Source: Rhynchopus sp. YZ270_cl-10
Lineage: Eukaryota
Direction of reading: 5' to 3'
DNA: 64,000 nt
Assembly: GCA_964035575.1 (NCBI GenBank)
Contig: OZ037842.1
Location: 620,001 to 684,000 of the forward strand
Shown one piece after another: positions 34,914-47,205 of the stretch. Below the pieces are notes generated by a model, which was given only the letters and a program-made list of their open reading frames with translations, was not told the DNA's origin and ran no database searches. Made by a program: the position numbers and the translations under genes. Within the stretch, counting starts at the first letter, position 1, and each line of letters opens with the position of its first letter.

Positions 34914-35458
34914 TGAAGTCTAAGAGGGGGGAAAGGGAGGTGGAAAAATAATGATGATCGATGGTCGTAACTCCGTCAAATGCTGCAAAAATTGAGCATT
35001 CCTGATATATTTGATATAAAACCGTTTTCCTTTGAAAACTATGTTATTGTGTTGACACCCAAGGATGCGCTCCAATAATTGGTTGTCTTTTTTTTTTTTT
35101 TTTTTTTGATGATCTGTTTTTTTTTTTTTAGTGCTGTCATACAGACAGGTCTTTGCTATCAGTTTTATAAAAGTTGGTCTTTGGTTTGAACCTGACCCTT
35201 AGACGAAGTTACGTAGAAAGAAAAAAGAAAAGAGAAAAAAGAAAAAAAGAAAAAAGAAAAGAAAAAGCATCGCAGCAAACCCACTTCGAATCACTCTTTT
35301 GAGGACAGGGGGAAGAAAAAAAAATAAAAGGTAGTCACCAGCGAGTGAGCTATTGATAAAAAATGATGCACATTAGTCGTGTGCTGAGAGTGGTGTGTGG
35401 CGATACACTGCATTTTGGTTGATTTTTTTCTTTTTTTCTTTTACTTTTTTTGATAACT

Positions 35459-35566
35459 CCACCTGATTTTTACCCCGCGTATAGGCGCGTGAAGGCCCGT
35501 ATAGGCCAAATCCCACCCATTTTTCCCAGCCTTTACGCGCCTCTACGCGGGGTAAAAACCAGGTGG
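35459..35566. mobile_element. MITE with 5-bp TSD (TAACT)
   Basis: TAACT|CCACCTGATTTTTACCCCGCGTA ... TACGCGGGGTAAAAACCAGGTGG|TAACT. Confidence 0.8.
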
Positions 35567-35883
35567 TAACTGGTTGCACTACGACATCCTAGGATGTGTT
35601 TCACATGGTATGCTTATTTTTGAATGAAAAATAAAAAAAACTTGGTTGTATTAGTGGATCCGAGGATGCACTCCACTATTTTTTTTTTGTGGGGGATAAA
35701 AGTTGATTTGTTGCAGATGAACCAAAAGTTCATTTTTTTTTTTCTTTTTGTAGATGCAACAAAATGACAAAGAAAAAAACCCAACAAACGATGACAAAAA
35801 ATAGAATGAAACAAAAAAAAACAAAAATCTCAAAAAGAGGGAAAGAGCAGAAAATAGTGATAGCAAAGGGCATGAGGTAATGA

Positions 35884-35996
35884 TGGCAGTATTGTGATGG
35901 GAGCGCCCATTGGAATACGCAAAATACATCAAAATACATGATGCATGTTGATGTATTTTGGGTATTCCAATGGGCGCTCCCATCACAATACTGCCA
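35884..35996. mobile_element. Foldback palindromic element
   Basis: Perfect arms TGGCAGTATTGTGATGGGAGCGCCCATTGGAATAC / GTATTCCAATGGGCGCTCCCATCACAATACTGCCA. The ends resemble the 34566-34673 palindrome. Confidence 0.7.
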
Positions 35997-36187
35997 CCAC
36001 AAGCATGAGAGGGGGTAATACATTTATGGACTCAGGGAAAACATGGAGTCAAAAATTGAAGAAAAAAAGATTTTGCGCTGCCAAACGATAGCCTATGTTG
36101 GATGAGTGTCTTCTCTTTTTCATTGAAAAAATTGAAAACCTTGAAAAAAAAAAAAAAAAAAAACGAGTCGCCTCGCTTTTTCTCATG

Positions 36188-36864
36188 CACCATGGACTCG
36201 TAATGACATTACGTGACGAGGGACGAGGGAAATTACGTGGGAAATTACGCGCGCAATGACGTCGTCACGACGCGGGCACCCCCTCGTAATGACGACGTCA
36301 TGACGTGAGGTTTCCCTCGTTACGACGACGGCATTACGACGTCATGACGAGGGGTGCCCTCGTAATTACGAGGGCACCCCTCGTAATTACGAGGGGTGCT
36401 CCCGTGGTCATTGTCTGGCTATTGCCTCCCAGGGAAAGGGACTCTCGAATTTTTTTTTTGGCCCCTATATAGGGCTAATTTCGACGATTTGAGGCCATTA
36501 AAAGCAAAATTTGGCACTTTTAAGCATCTGTGGGGGTCTAATGACCGTATTTTGGCTGAAATTTGACTTGACATTTTTTTTCACCATTTGGTCAATCTGA
36601 GGTTTTCTTTGGATTTTTTGGGCCACTTTATGACCTACCACGCCCGATTTTTGAAAAAAAAATTTTTTTTTATTGGTCAAAAATCGCCTTGTCGTGGGTG
36701 CCCACGTCATGACGACGTCGTGACGTGGTAATTACGAGGGGGTGCCCTCGTAATTACCTCGTCATGACGAGGGCACCCCCTCGTAATTACGAGGGGGTGC
36801 CCTCGTCAAGGCACTCGTAATTACCTCGTCATGACGCGCGTAATGTCATTACGAGTCCATGGTG
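36188..36864. mobile_element. CAC...GTG (CACTA/CMC-like) non-autonomous transposon with TG TSD and subterminal repeats
   Basis: 26-bp TIR CACCATGGACTCGTAATGACATTACG. Many CTCGTAATTACGAG and CGTCATGACG palindromes in both arms. The interior is shared with 54738-55400. Confidence 0.85.
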
Positions 36865-37472
36865 TGCACCGTGCATTACTATTGTAGCCTCACAAAGCCA
36901 ACAAAACAAAAAAAAAAGCATACAAAGCACAAAGCGCAATTATTTTAAACCCAGACAAAAAAAAAAAAACTGGGGTTTTGCGCAACGTACAGACATACCT
37001 CAGGAGAGGACCAAAAAAACTAGGAAGTTGGTTGGCCCAACAGTGTTACACGGCACACATTCTGACAGCCAGCAACCATTTACTGCAACAGTGTTTTTTT
37101 GCAGTCTCCAGCGCCTCTGACCGAACCCACATACGATGCCAGCCATCCGGATGAAAGCACAAAAAAAAAGAAAGAAAAAATGGAACAAATTATGAAAGTA
37201 GTGCGAAAGGCACAGAAGAACTCGGGTACAAAAAAAAGAGACATTTTCAAAAATTGGGAAGGTTTTTTTTTTAGGCAACCCTTGAAGATTACCGTATCGC
37301 CTCACAGACGTTTCTTGTTTTGACAAAATTACTTTTTGTTAAAAAAAAGTCAAGTAGATACAAGTACAAAATAGACGCACTACTGTCTGGAAGAGCTTTG
37401 AACGGGGGAGGGTTTGTGGTAGTGAAAGAAGAATAGATCTCACGAACCCATTTTTTAAAACAAAAAATTTTT

Positions 37473-37820
37473 GAGGTGATCCAGTCTCACGCTTTTTCAC
37501 ACATTTTCACTTGGTTTCACACATTTTCACACATTTTCACATGGTTTCACACATTTTCACATGGTTTCACGGTGTGAAAAAGTGTGTACGAAAGTGAAAA
37601 AAAAACTGCTTCACGCACTCTGAGTGGATTCCTCCAGAAAAAAAACTTGGTGTTTTCACATGGTTTCACACATTTTCACTTGGTTTCACATATTTTCACT
37701 TGGTTTCACATGTTTTCACTTGATTTCACACATTTTCACCTTGGTTTCACACGTTTTCACTTGTTTTCACACATTTTCACGGTGTGAAAAAGTGTGGAAA
37801 AGTGTGCGCTGGATCACCTC
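37473..37820. mobile_element. TIR element with internal TTTCAC-rich ~10-bp tandem repeats
   Basis: GAGGTGATCCAG ... CTGGATCACCTC, with two arrays of (TT/GG)TTTCAC(AC/AT/TT) units. Confidence 0.7.
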
Positions 37821-38804
37821 AAAAAAAAACTAAAAAAAACATGATGAATGTGTCTCTCTCGCACACATCTCTATCAAAAAGGGTTGGAAAATGACCTTCT
37901 TCCTCTTTCCTTCAAACCTTTGGGGAAAAAACCCCCCGTTTTCTTTTAAAAAAAAAATGTCCCTCTTTTTCCCTGGCACTTCGTCTTGGTCCTTGTACAC
38001 TGCCAATGGGCATGGGCTCTTTTTGGTTTTTCTTTCATTTAACGATATTCGATGGAAATCCGTTGTAGGTTAAAAAAAGGGCAGGGGAGAAAAAAAAAGT
38101 GAACGAGAAGCGTTGTGCACCACAAAACGCCGTTATATCATAAATGGGAGGGAGGGAAATGACCGAACGGGAGTTCGGGAAAAAAGGAAAAAAAAAAAGA
38201 ACAAAAAAAAAAAAAAAAACGAAAGACGTGGTAGTAAAAGGTGCAAACGCCCCACAGGGCATTGGGAACCTTTCCCCCAAGAAAATGTTGTTGAGATAAA
38301 CGTCATCCTTCTTTCTCGAAATTTTTGAAAAGAGAGAAAGAGAGTACGTGAAGTCCTTTTACAGTAACACAACAGACATCATATGTTTTAAACATTTTCT
38401 CTCTTCAAAAAAATAAACGAAAAAAATAAAGCAAAAAACTTCACCGTGATAAATCATAAAAAGAAACGAACATAAAATAAAACATCATACAATAACAAAA
38501 CACCCCAAAATATGGCACTGATTATTCTTTTGTTTTCTCTGTATTTTTTTTCTTATTAAAACCTCCCCAATCCCCCCTCCCCCCCAACCCCCCCTTATTC
38601 TTTCTGATCGAACCAAAAAAACCTCTTTCTTTCTCCTCGGAGGGTATTCCCCGGGGTGTGGTCAAAAAAAAAAAGTGAAGTTGATAGTGCAAACGCCTCT
38701 GGGACGCAGGCACTACTGACACTCCGAAAAAAAAAATAAAACAATTTCCTTTTAATTCTCCTCTTTTCTTGGCACACACATGCCTTTTTATGTATTTATT
38801 TTTT

Positions 38805-39308
38805 TTACATAAAAGAGGGCACCTTTTTTGCATCTTCGACACCTTGGAGGAATATATCGTATTCGGAAACCTCGACAAAGATATCCCAGTGGAGTGCGTT
38901 GAGGAAGTCTTCTTCGAGACGGTTTGCGAGGGCGATGTCGATGCCCCAGATCATTGCGTAGTATGAGTTTGAATAGAAGGTATCTTCACGAACCTTTACT
39001 GCAACCAAGGTAGAGGCGAATAGAGCACGAAAGAAGTTGTCCCGGTTAACAGTCTGGTGTGTCCTGCAGGCCCACCTCTGCATCAAAATAACAGCCGTCA
39101 CAACAGTCTCATACGTGCATTTCAGGTACGTACACAACCGTTCGATAAACTCATGAATCTGGATCTTTGTCCGCAAATAGTACGGGCTATCAGAGCATAC
39201 GTGTCCTGGTTCTGTCTCTTCCTCTTCTTCGATACAGACAAATTCGCAGACCCGTGTCAAATTTGCCATGTCATGAGGCCCCATCTCCATTGCCATCACT
39301 GTCGCCAT
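38805..39308 (-). CDS. Cyclin, PHO80/PCL (P/U-type) family
   Basis: 167-aa ORF with IHEFIERL..Y..C, AVILMQR, N.FR...S.LVAVK.REDTFYSNSYYA.I.GI...ANRLE.DFL.AL.W, the cyclin-box signature of this family. Confidence 0.88.
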   Translation of the reverse strand: MATVMAMEMGPHDMANLTRVCEFVCIEEEEETEPGHVCSDSPYYLRTKIQIHEFIERLCTYLKCTYETVVTAVILMQRWACRTHQTVNRDNFFRALFASTLVAVKVREDTFYSNSYYAMIWGIDIALANRLEEDFLNALHWDIFVEVSEYDIFLQGVEDAKKVPSFM

Positions 39309-41622
39309 TTTGTGGCGAGAAAGAAGGGAAAAAGAAAAAGAGGGAAAATCTACTGCTCTTCAAAAGAACAGACCCGTAGCTATTGTTACGACAATAGTGT
39401 AGGGCTTCTTAAAAGGGGTGGGACGGGGAATAGGAAGGGGTATATTCTAATATAACAAAGTGTTGTGTATCGAAAGGTGGAGCAAAAAAAGGGAAGGGAA
39501 GGGAAGGGAAGGGGGGTTTTTTGCTCGGTTCTCTGTTTTTTGGGGTGTTTTGCGTTGGAAATAGATAAGAGCTTGACAGGAATTTCACCTCCACCTTCGG
39601 GGTGGCTGCATTCCCTCACATTCGTGTGGAGTGCTCCATCCTATTTTCCAAAAACGTACAAAGGAATGTCACCTCCACGGGAACGGCTGAACGCAACAGC
39701 AGAACTATTTCTGAGAAAAGGATTGTAGTGTGTGGTTATGTGTTTTTTTAAGTTTCGACGACGTATCATGAGGAACCGCTAAATTTTTCCTTCCACAAGA
39801 ACCCCTTACAGAGAGAATACACAGCGAAGTTGATAGTGCAAAACGCCTCTGGGACTCAGGCACTGAGCACTCCGGTTTATCGAACCCCCGGAGTTGTTGC
39901 ATTTTGGGAGTTAACTACAGGGGAAACTGTATAAAATCTGCTGGCTTTGTGGAAATCAAGCTTTTATCAAAAAGCTCATTAAATCCCCCCCCCACTTTTT
40001 TTTGTTTATTGTAACATACGTTCCTGCTATCCCAAATGTTGTTATATACCAGCCATATCTCAAAGGAAAAGAAAGGTGAAAAAGGGCACTCCTGGGTCGC
40101 ATTTTTTTCCCATCCTCCAAAAAAGCTGTTTGTGCAGGGGGGGGAAAGGCATTTTGTTCATATCTGTTGTCAAATGAACGAAGAAAAATCCCCACAAAAA
40201 AATAGAAAAAGAGGAAATGAAATTCATATGGGGAGAGGGAAGGTATTGACGCAACTTCTCCACCCCCCTCGGAGGAAATCACAATTATCCTGTTGAATTT
40301 TGATTTGAAATACAAAGCCATCTCGTGGATAGTGAGTACCTCAAGCAAACCGGCAGGATGAAATGTGCATCACACCAGGCGGGGAAGGTTTTTGGACAAA
40401 TCTGGTCGGGAATCTTCTTTCTTCTTACCCAGGATGTTCCGGGTCAAAACCCCCAGCCTCACTTTGAATCAAATCCTTGAACATTAAATGCAAAGTACGT
40501 TGGCACCTTTTGAGTATCAACCTAGACCCCCTATCCCCTATGAAAAACGTAATCGGGCGAATATCCGTTTTTCTTAAAATTTCAATACCATTTTTACCTG
40601 TTACTGCTATACAGTACCTTTTGGAAGGAACCGGAAAAACGCAGGAAAAGGGCAGAGAAAAAAAAAGAGAACAGGGAAGAAAAGGTATTAACCACAAATG
40701 AATACATTCTGGAAGCAATCTGTATATTTATTTTTTCTCTTTTTTCTCTTGAAAACTTGGTTGTTTTAGTGCACCCGAAGATGAACTCCACTATACACGC
40801 GTCTAAGTGTTTTTTTTTTTTTTTGTTTTTTTTGTCTTTTTGTGAGCGAATCTGAAGGACAAAATCTATTGTCACCGAGATGTTAAAGTTTTTATTAAAA
40901 AAATTGACAGCTTTTTTGTGTGGACACCACCTATGTGAAACTCCACGCATTTTTTTTTTTAAAGTTGGTAGACATCCGAGGATGAGCTCCACTCTACTGG
41001 AAGCATTCTGTATAATTATTCTTTTTCATAAAAGTCCCCCACCCACCCCCCCACAACTCTTCCCAACCCCCTCCAAAGAAAAACAAAAGCGTTTACTTTC
41101 TTTACGTTCCCACCTATTTGCAACGCATTCCTGCTACGTATGGGTTTTTTGCGGTAAAAAAAAATCACATAACAAAAACGCCCCTTTTCTCGTTACCCAG
41201 ACATTTTTTTTTCGTCGTCATTTTTCTCTTTTACGAGTAAAATATCTATCTCTTTACCTCTCAGGCTTAGTCCTAAATATTGGAAATTTTCCATATTTTT
41301 TTTTGTAGTTTTGACAATCCCCTGTCCAAGGACGGGTTCTGTACACAAAGTCGCCCGAATTTTTTTTAAAAAAAATCCAGGAAAGAGAGAAAAACAGGCA
41401 CTTCAGGAATAAGTCTGCCCCCCTCTCGCCCGACCCTTTTTTTGTTGTATCGACAATCACCTACCGAGGTAGGTTATGTACACAATGTCGCCTGAAGGCT
41501 TTGTACCTTTTTTTTTTGCCAACACGAATCCCCCCCCCTACCCCAACTATACAAAACATAGTCACCCATTTTGTTTTTTTTTATTTTTGTGACGTTTTCT
41601 TCAAAACTTCAATATTTCCACC

Positions 41623-44069
41623 TTATTTTGCAGCGCTTTCCATCTCTTTGTCTTTCTCCTTCATCTCCTCTTCAGACTTCATGTCTGGCTTCGGTTCCTT
41701 CATTGGCTCTTCTTCATGGGCGATTTTCTCTGCGCTCCTGGAAGCCTTCGATTTTGATGCCTTTTCCAACAAACTGTCAAGCAAAGCTTTCTTCTTTTCC
41801 ATCTTTGCTTTGTCGTTACCTCCTGCGGCAGTCCGTTCGTGGCTTTTTGCTGCCATTTGAGGGCTTTTATGGAGTTTTTCAAAACGTTCTTTGAACGTCC
41901 CAGCCGGAGCATCCTTCGCAATAGAAGCGTCAACTGCCTTTTTCACGCGGTCTTTTAGGTCAGAATCTTTGGAATCAGGTTTGCCAGATTTTTCGGCGCT
42001 AACAGCGGATTTTTCGGCGCTGACAGCGGATTTTTCGAAAGAAGCCGACCCTGTTGCCTTCTTCTTTAGCCGCTCCCGACGTTGCTTCAGCAATTCCTTA
42101 ATTTTTTCGGTCTTCTCCGCTGTGGTTTTGGATGCAGCCTTTTCGACGTCCTTTTCCTGGGAAGGCACTGCACCTAATGCGGCTGCGTCCTTCACCTTTT
42201 GGCGACGTTCCTTCAATGCCTCAGCCGCCTTCTCGGCAGTCGCCTTCGCAACGCGTACGTTCTTCTGTGCCGGAGTTTCGTCGGACTTCTCGTTGGAGGC
42301 GGCGCTCTTCGCAATGCTGTCGACCAAGGATGATGCCTTCCTCTTTTCCCCTATGGTGGATTTGTCCGTCTTATCAGAGGTTGCGAGGCCCTTTTTGTCG
42401 TCTTTGGTCTTTTTGGTTTCGTCGGTCGTCTTCTTGTTACGGTTGCGGCGGTCCTTGGAACCTGCAGCAGATTTCTCTACAGAAGGTGCAGCAGCAGCCT
42501 TCTCTGCCGAGATGGCATCGGGCTTGGAAACAGAGGCATCGACAACCCGCTTTTCGCGCTTTTCTTTGAGAAGGCGTGAGCGACGTTCTTTTGCAGTTTC
42601 TCCCTTCTCAGCCCCCTTGTCGCTCTTCTCATCTGTGCTTTTGTTCATCGAGGCAGTCTTCTTTGCACGCTCCTCCCTTAAACGAGTGCGACGTTCCTTG
42701 CGGGTTTCGCCGTTGGCGTCCTTTTCATCGGTGCTAGGCGTCTTCTTGCTGCCCTTTGTGTCCTTCGTGCTTTTTGTGTCGGCTGTGTCCTTCTCCTCCT
42801 TCAGCTTCTTCGGCGCGAGTGCATTGCGTCGCCGCCCCTTGCCAGGATCGTGGTGGGTGTCTGGGTCTTCTTCCTCAACAAGCTTGATGCTTTCGTCTTT
42901 GTCCTTCTCGGTGGTGTACTGCTGGACACGGTCCTCAAAGTTGCCAAGAAGGTCGCTCTTCTTCTTGTTCCCACCAGTGGAGTTCGTCACCTGCGACGAA
43001 AAGTGAGATGAGTGGCCGTGCGCCGTCGACCCACGCTGGCCTGCGCCAAAGTCCTTCTCCTCCTTTTCGTGCAGCTTTTTGTCTGTCGTCCGCCGCGTAA
43101 CAAGCTGGTTGCGAAGAGAGCTCAGCTCAAGACGCATTGCACGGACCTGCATGCGGAGGTTCTTGCGGAACTTCACTATTGTGTCGTTCGCGGCTGTGGA
43201 AAAAAAAGGGTTAACAACTCCTCACCACAGGCATGAACCTATGCGGCGAAGGGTGGGTGGCATACTTGAAAGCGAGGTCTGCATGTCTTTGTTCTCGCGT
43301 CGGAGCATGAGCAGCACGACAGAAGAGTCCTCCTCCCCCATGCGGCGCGTCTCTTGGTCCTTCAGCGTGTCGAGGCAGTCCTGTGAATCGATCCTCGCCT
43401 CCTCAAAGCTGCGCAGCTGCACTTCAATGCTGCTTTCAATGAATTTTTTTGCCTGCAGAAGTGAAGTAGGTTGGCATAGGAATGCATGAGGTGGGGTGGG
43501 GTGGTACGAGATGGATGTAGAATACCTGGTTGAAGTCGCCCTCGACCTGCTGTGTGTTTTTGTCCTTCAAGTTGCGGAGTGACGACGCACAGCCTTTGAG
43601 CTGTTCCTCTCTCGTCTGTAAAAAAAATATATATATATATGTTTGCGGCATAGTGGTAGTATCAACCTACACTGCAAAACTACATACATGGAGTTCGAGG
43701 TTGTGGTGTCCAAGGCTTCTTTGCATGGCATCAGAAGCTGCAAGCCCTCCCAAGTTGTAAGCCAATGCTGCTGTCTGTGGGTGATCAATGATGATTAAGA
43801 TAAAAAAAAAAGGAGTGAGACATTGCCATAAGACAATTGTGTCTTGTCTGAGAGTCTCAAAAGATTTTGTTTGATTATAGACTACTATCACAAGATAGTA
43901 GCCACGGTTTTTTTTTTTTCACAGGATCCTTAAAAGAGAGCAAAGAGAAGGAGTACGCTTTGCAGTAGGAGGTGTCAGAGTCCAAGAGGAAGCCCAAATT
44001 CCATACCAAAAACACACTGCTGGAAACAACCACCAGCCCGATCTTCATCTTTGTTGCTCCATCCAACAT
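41623..44069 (-). CDS. Five-exon membrane-anchored coiled-coil, Lys/Glu/Ser-rich protein (665 aa). Exons: 44069-44007, 43774-43688, 43615-43526, 43452-43266, 43193-41623
   Basis: Donors GTATGG/GTATGT/GTATTC/GTATGC and ACAG/GCAG acceptors after pyrimidine-rich tracts. Splicing gives a 1998-nt open frame and builds an N-terminal hydrophobic anchor KIGLVVVSSSVFL|TAALAYNLGGL. The last exon contains the 517-aa ORF in the track. Confidence 0.8.
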
Positions 44070-44774
44070 TGTGTGACCGCTTTCCCCCTACCCCCTAAGC
44101 AGGGTCCTCCCTCTCGTGTCCCCTAAGGGGTGAATGTCTTCCAACCCTCTGCAAGTGGATGTGTGATGCGAATGTTTAAGATGGGAACGGAGCCTCCCGA
44201 TGCAGAGGAAGCCTGCATGGAAGAGAGACGGAGAGAGAGAGGAGAGGTCCTTTTTTCTTTTTTCTTTTTTCATTCGACAAAATCCATGAACAGCACTGTA
44301 GAACAGAGTGAAGAAGCGTGGTCTTTGTTGCCCCCTTAGCTCCCTTTAGAAAAGAGTGCGAAGGGGAAAATGCAAAACGCAGGTGCTCTCCTTTGTTCGC
44401 ATCGAAGAGACGTTTGTTGTATTTTTGCAAAGGTTTTTTGGGAGGAAAGACAAACCCAAAATAACATAGAATTAAAGCAGATTTGAGTTAACAAATCGCT
44501 TTTTGTTGTCGACAATCACCCTGCTAATGCAGGATCTGTACGCAGTGTTTTTTTGTTTTTGTTGAATATGCGAAGAAGAGCTCTTATGGAGTGTGTTCAA
44601 CCTTTATTTTTTTGAAAAAAAAATTTTACCACGTTTTCGTGTACACAACGGAGGTGTCGACACTCACCTTAATCATTGAAATAACAGTGTTTACCAAATG
44701 ATTCCTCCGATACTTCCATTTTATTCAGAATCTCAAAGGAATCACAACACACTAATAAAATACAACCATGTTTT

Positions 44775-45887
44775 TCACAAAACAAAATCTTTTTGCACAC
44801 ATCGAGAATGGGAGAGAAGAGGCAAATCGTCTTCGGAGAGTGTGTAGTACCGTAACTCTAGGGAGGTATGCGAGACGACGATGTGGCAGAAGCCAAGCTC
44901 TTGTGAGTGCCACGACTCTGAGTACTTCTCTTCGTCGACTTTTGGTGCAAACTTCGACGCAATACGTTGCTTCAACGACGGCCCACTGCTTCCTTCCGAC
45001 GACGTTTCCGAATCAGACTCCCTTTCATCATCACTACAGGGACCCTCCTCTGTCTTGGAAGACGACCCTATTATGGCATATTCACAACTCTTCTTCTTCT
45101 TCTTCTTCTCCTTCTCCTCCACATCCCTCACCAAATGCGCCATCAAATGCTGATGCCCACAGATGTACAAATCGCTCACATCACCAATCACATCGCGATA
45201 TGAGGTTCCCTTAAAACGGCTTTTCGGACCACCCTTCATAAACGTAGTTGGAACATACCGAACCCCAGGTACCACATGCTCAAGGTTGTTGAGGGGTATG
45301 TACTCGATGGGGTGGTGGCCCACTACTATCTTCCAGGGGGCTGAGGAGGAGGAGAGCCGTCGCGAAAACCATTTTTTTTGGTAATGCCACCAGCGGGTGC
45401 TGGAGCCGTCTTCTCCGATGCCGGGGGCTTTGGCTGTCAAATTGTATTTGTTGGTGTTGATGACGACGATTTCACAGAGACCTTCTAGGGGTGTGATTTT
45501 GCCTTCATTGGCGCAGTGCTTTAAACCGTCGTTAAGGGAATAGCATGAGGCAGGAAGAATGTACTTCCAGGTGCGCTTTTCGTAGAGGTGGTTCCAATCC
45601 GTCATATGCCATTGCATGCCTTCTTTGCTTACATCATGGTTGCCCAAAGTAAAGAACCATGGCAGACCTATGGTATCTAACATTTCGTTCTTTAAAGCTG
45701 TAAAGACAGTCTGTGCGTCAGCAGTTTCATCGACGTCGTCATATAAATTGTCGCCGGTGGTGAGAACAAATAAAGGGGGGTCGCCCTTTTCGCGAAGTGT
45801 GTCCACCAAAGTTCGTACACCTCGGGCTACCCGGGTGCGACCTTCCCCAGGGCATCCGATGTCACCTACTACGATAAAGTTTGCCAT
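44775..45887 (-). CDS. Calcineurin-like metallophosphoesterase, purple/tartrate-resistant acid phosphatase-like
   Basis: Motifs GDIG, GDNLY, GNHD, VVGHHP and GHQH. The ATG at 45887 (MANFIVVGD) follows a CTGCAG acceptor-like site. The ORF extends upstream to 45944. Confidence 0.88.
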   Translation of the reverse strand: MANFIVVGDIGCPGEGRTRVARGVRTLVDTLREKGDPPLFVLTTGDNLYDDVDETADAQTVFTALKNEMLDTIGLPWFFTLGNHDVSKEGMQWHMTDWNHLYEKRTWKYILPASCYSLNDGLKHCANEGKITPLEGLCEIVVINTNKYNLTAKAPGIGEDGSSTRWWHYQKKWFSRRLSSSSAPWKIVVGHHPIEYIPLNNLEHVVPGVRYVPTTFMKGGPKSRFKGTSYRDVIGDVSDLYICGHQHLMAHLVRDVEEKEKKKKKKSCEYAIIGSSSKTEEGPCSDDERESDSETSSEGSSGPSLKQRIASKFAPKVDEEKYSESWHSQELGFCHIVVSHTSLELRYYTLSEDDLPLLSHSRCVQKDFVL

Positions 45888-46173
45888 AGGGGGGTGGGTC
45901 TGCAGGGTAATGTTGCAAAGGGTTGGAGAAAATGTATTGCTCATGAGAAAGGGAAAATGGGGATTTTTTTGGAATGCATTTCTGATGTAAGAGGCTAGAA
46001 AAACAAAATGCTGACTGCTTTTTTTTTGTCGAATCGCCTATCCGAAGGGGTCAAGACCCCAAGGGGCTAGAATTTTTTTTGAAAAATTGGTATTAGTGAC
46101 ACCGGATGAGCTCCACTATAAAATTTTGTTTGTGCTGAAATACACAAAATACATAAAAAAAAACCCCCCACAA

Positions 46174-47205
46174 TCAGTGCTTGAAATACAAACAATTCGA
46201 CTCTGAGAGGTGTTCATTGTATGCAATATGATGGTACTTCCAGGATTTGTCTTTTGAGGAGCGCTTTGTTTCTTCACGGCGCTCGAGGGTGGTGATGCTG
46301 CAATAGACTGGCTGGGGGAGGCGCGCACCTGCGAGAACCTGGCTGCAGAGCACGTCAATGAGGGTTTGCACACCGAACCTATGTGTCACAAAGACAAGGG
46401 CGCAGTGCGGGTTTGCGTCCACAATGCCTGTCACGACACGTTCAAACCTTGCCGCCGCCGAAGCATCCTTCTCCGGAAACACCGGCGCACCCTCCATCGG
46501 AGTGTACTCACGGCACAACCACTTCCCCACCAACATTTCCTCTGCCCCTTCACGCCCCCAACACCCCAACTTCGGCTGTCCCTTAAAGCTTCTCTTGCAG
46601 GTGTACTCCGACAACCCAGGCTCGACCAGCAAAGGCACCCTCATCTTCTCTGCAATCTCCCCGCCAGTCTGCAGGGTTCTGATAAACGGTGAGCACACCA
46701 CTGCGACCGGGCGGGCAGTGTTCTTCATCTCCTTGAAGAAAGAGGCGGTTTCGCGTGCCTGGAGCAAACCCCCTTTTGACAGCGGCGGGTCATCGACAGA
46801 GAGGGCGCACCCTGGAGCGGTGCCTGCGGAACCACAGGCAACGCCTGGGATCCATCCTGGGTTGACGTGGTCTTCACGTTCACCGTGGCGTACGATGTAT
46901 GCCAAGGTACCAGACTTCACGGGTTTATATTTGAAAGGAAGTTTGCCTGGTGTGCCTTTAATGGCAGGAGTAGGTTTGTCATCATTGGCAGCAGCCGTCT
47001 CGGTGGAATCAATGCTATCGGCGGTGGTGGTGGTGGTGGTGGTGGTAACGGGCTGTGCTGTACTGTGTCCCCAGAGTCCCATCACAAAGGCAATGAACAT
47101 TGACCAGCACTCTTGTATCGTAGAGAGCACATAGGTTAGCAGTGTCTCCGTGGGCTGGTTGATCGGGCGGTGTTGCCGACCCTGTTTCCCCTTTTGTCGG
47201 GACAT
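46174..47205 (-). CDS. Histidine phosphatase (phosphoglycerate mutase superfamily) with N-terminal hydrophobic segment
   Basis: RHGERED, DPPLS..G..QA, SPFIRTLQT, EPGLSE and VFVTH motifs. Likely start is MSRQKGK at 47205, since the upstream in-frame part is low-complexity spacer. Confidence 0.88.
   Translation of the reverse strand: MSRQKGKQGRQHRPINQPTETLLTYVLSTIQECWSMFIAFVMGLWGHSTAQPVTTTTTTTTADSIDSTETAAANDDKPTPAIKGTPGKLPFKYKPVKSGTLAYIVRHGEREDHVNPGWIPGVACGSAGTAPGCALSVDDPPLSKGGLLQARETASFFKEMKNTARPVAVVCSPFIRTLQTGGEIAEKMRVPLLVEPGLSEYTCKRSFKGQPKLGCWGREGAEEMLVGKWLCREYTPMEGAPVFPEKDASAAARFERVVTGIVDANPHCALVFVTHRFGVQTLIDVLCSQVLAGARLPQPVYCSITTLERREETKRSSKDKSWKYHHIAYNEHLSESNCLYFKH

Noticed and set aside
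23467..39893. Family D as tRNA genes
   Set aside because: Only a T-loop-like GGTTCGA is present, with no acceptor, D or anticodon arms.
41891..43006. 371-aa plus-strand Ser/Phe/Leu-rich ORF
   Set aside because: It is the antisense of the Lys/Glu-rich last exon of the 41623-44069 gene.
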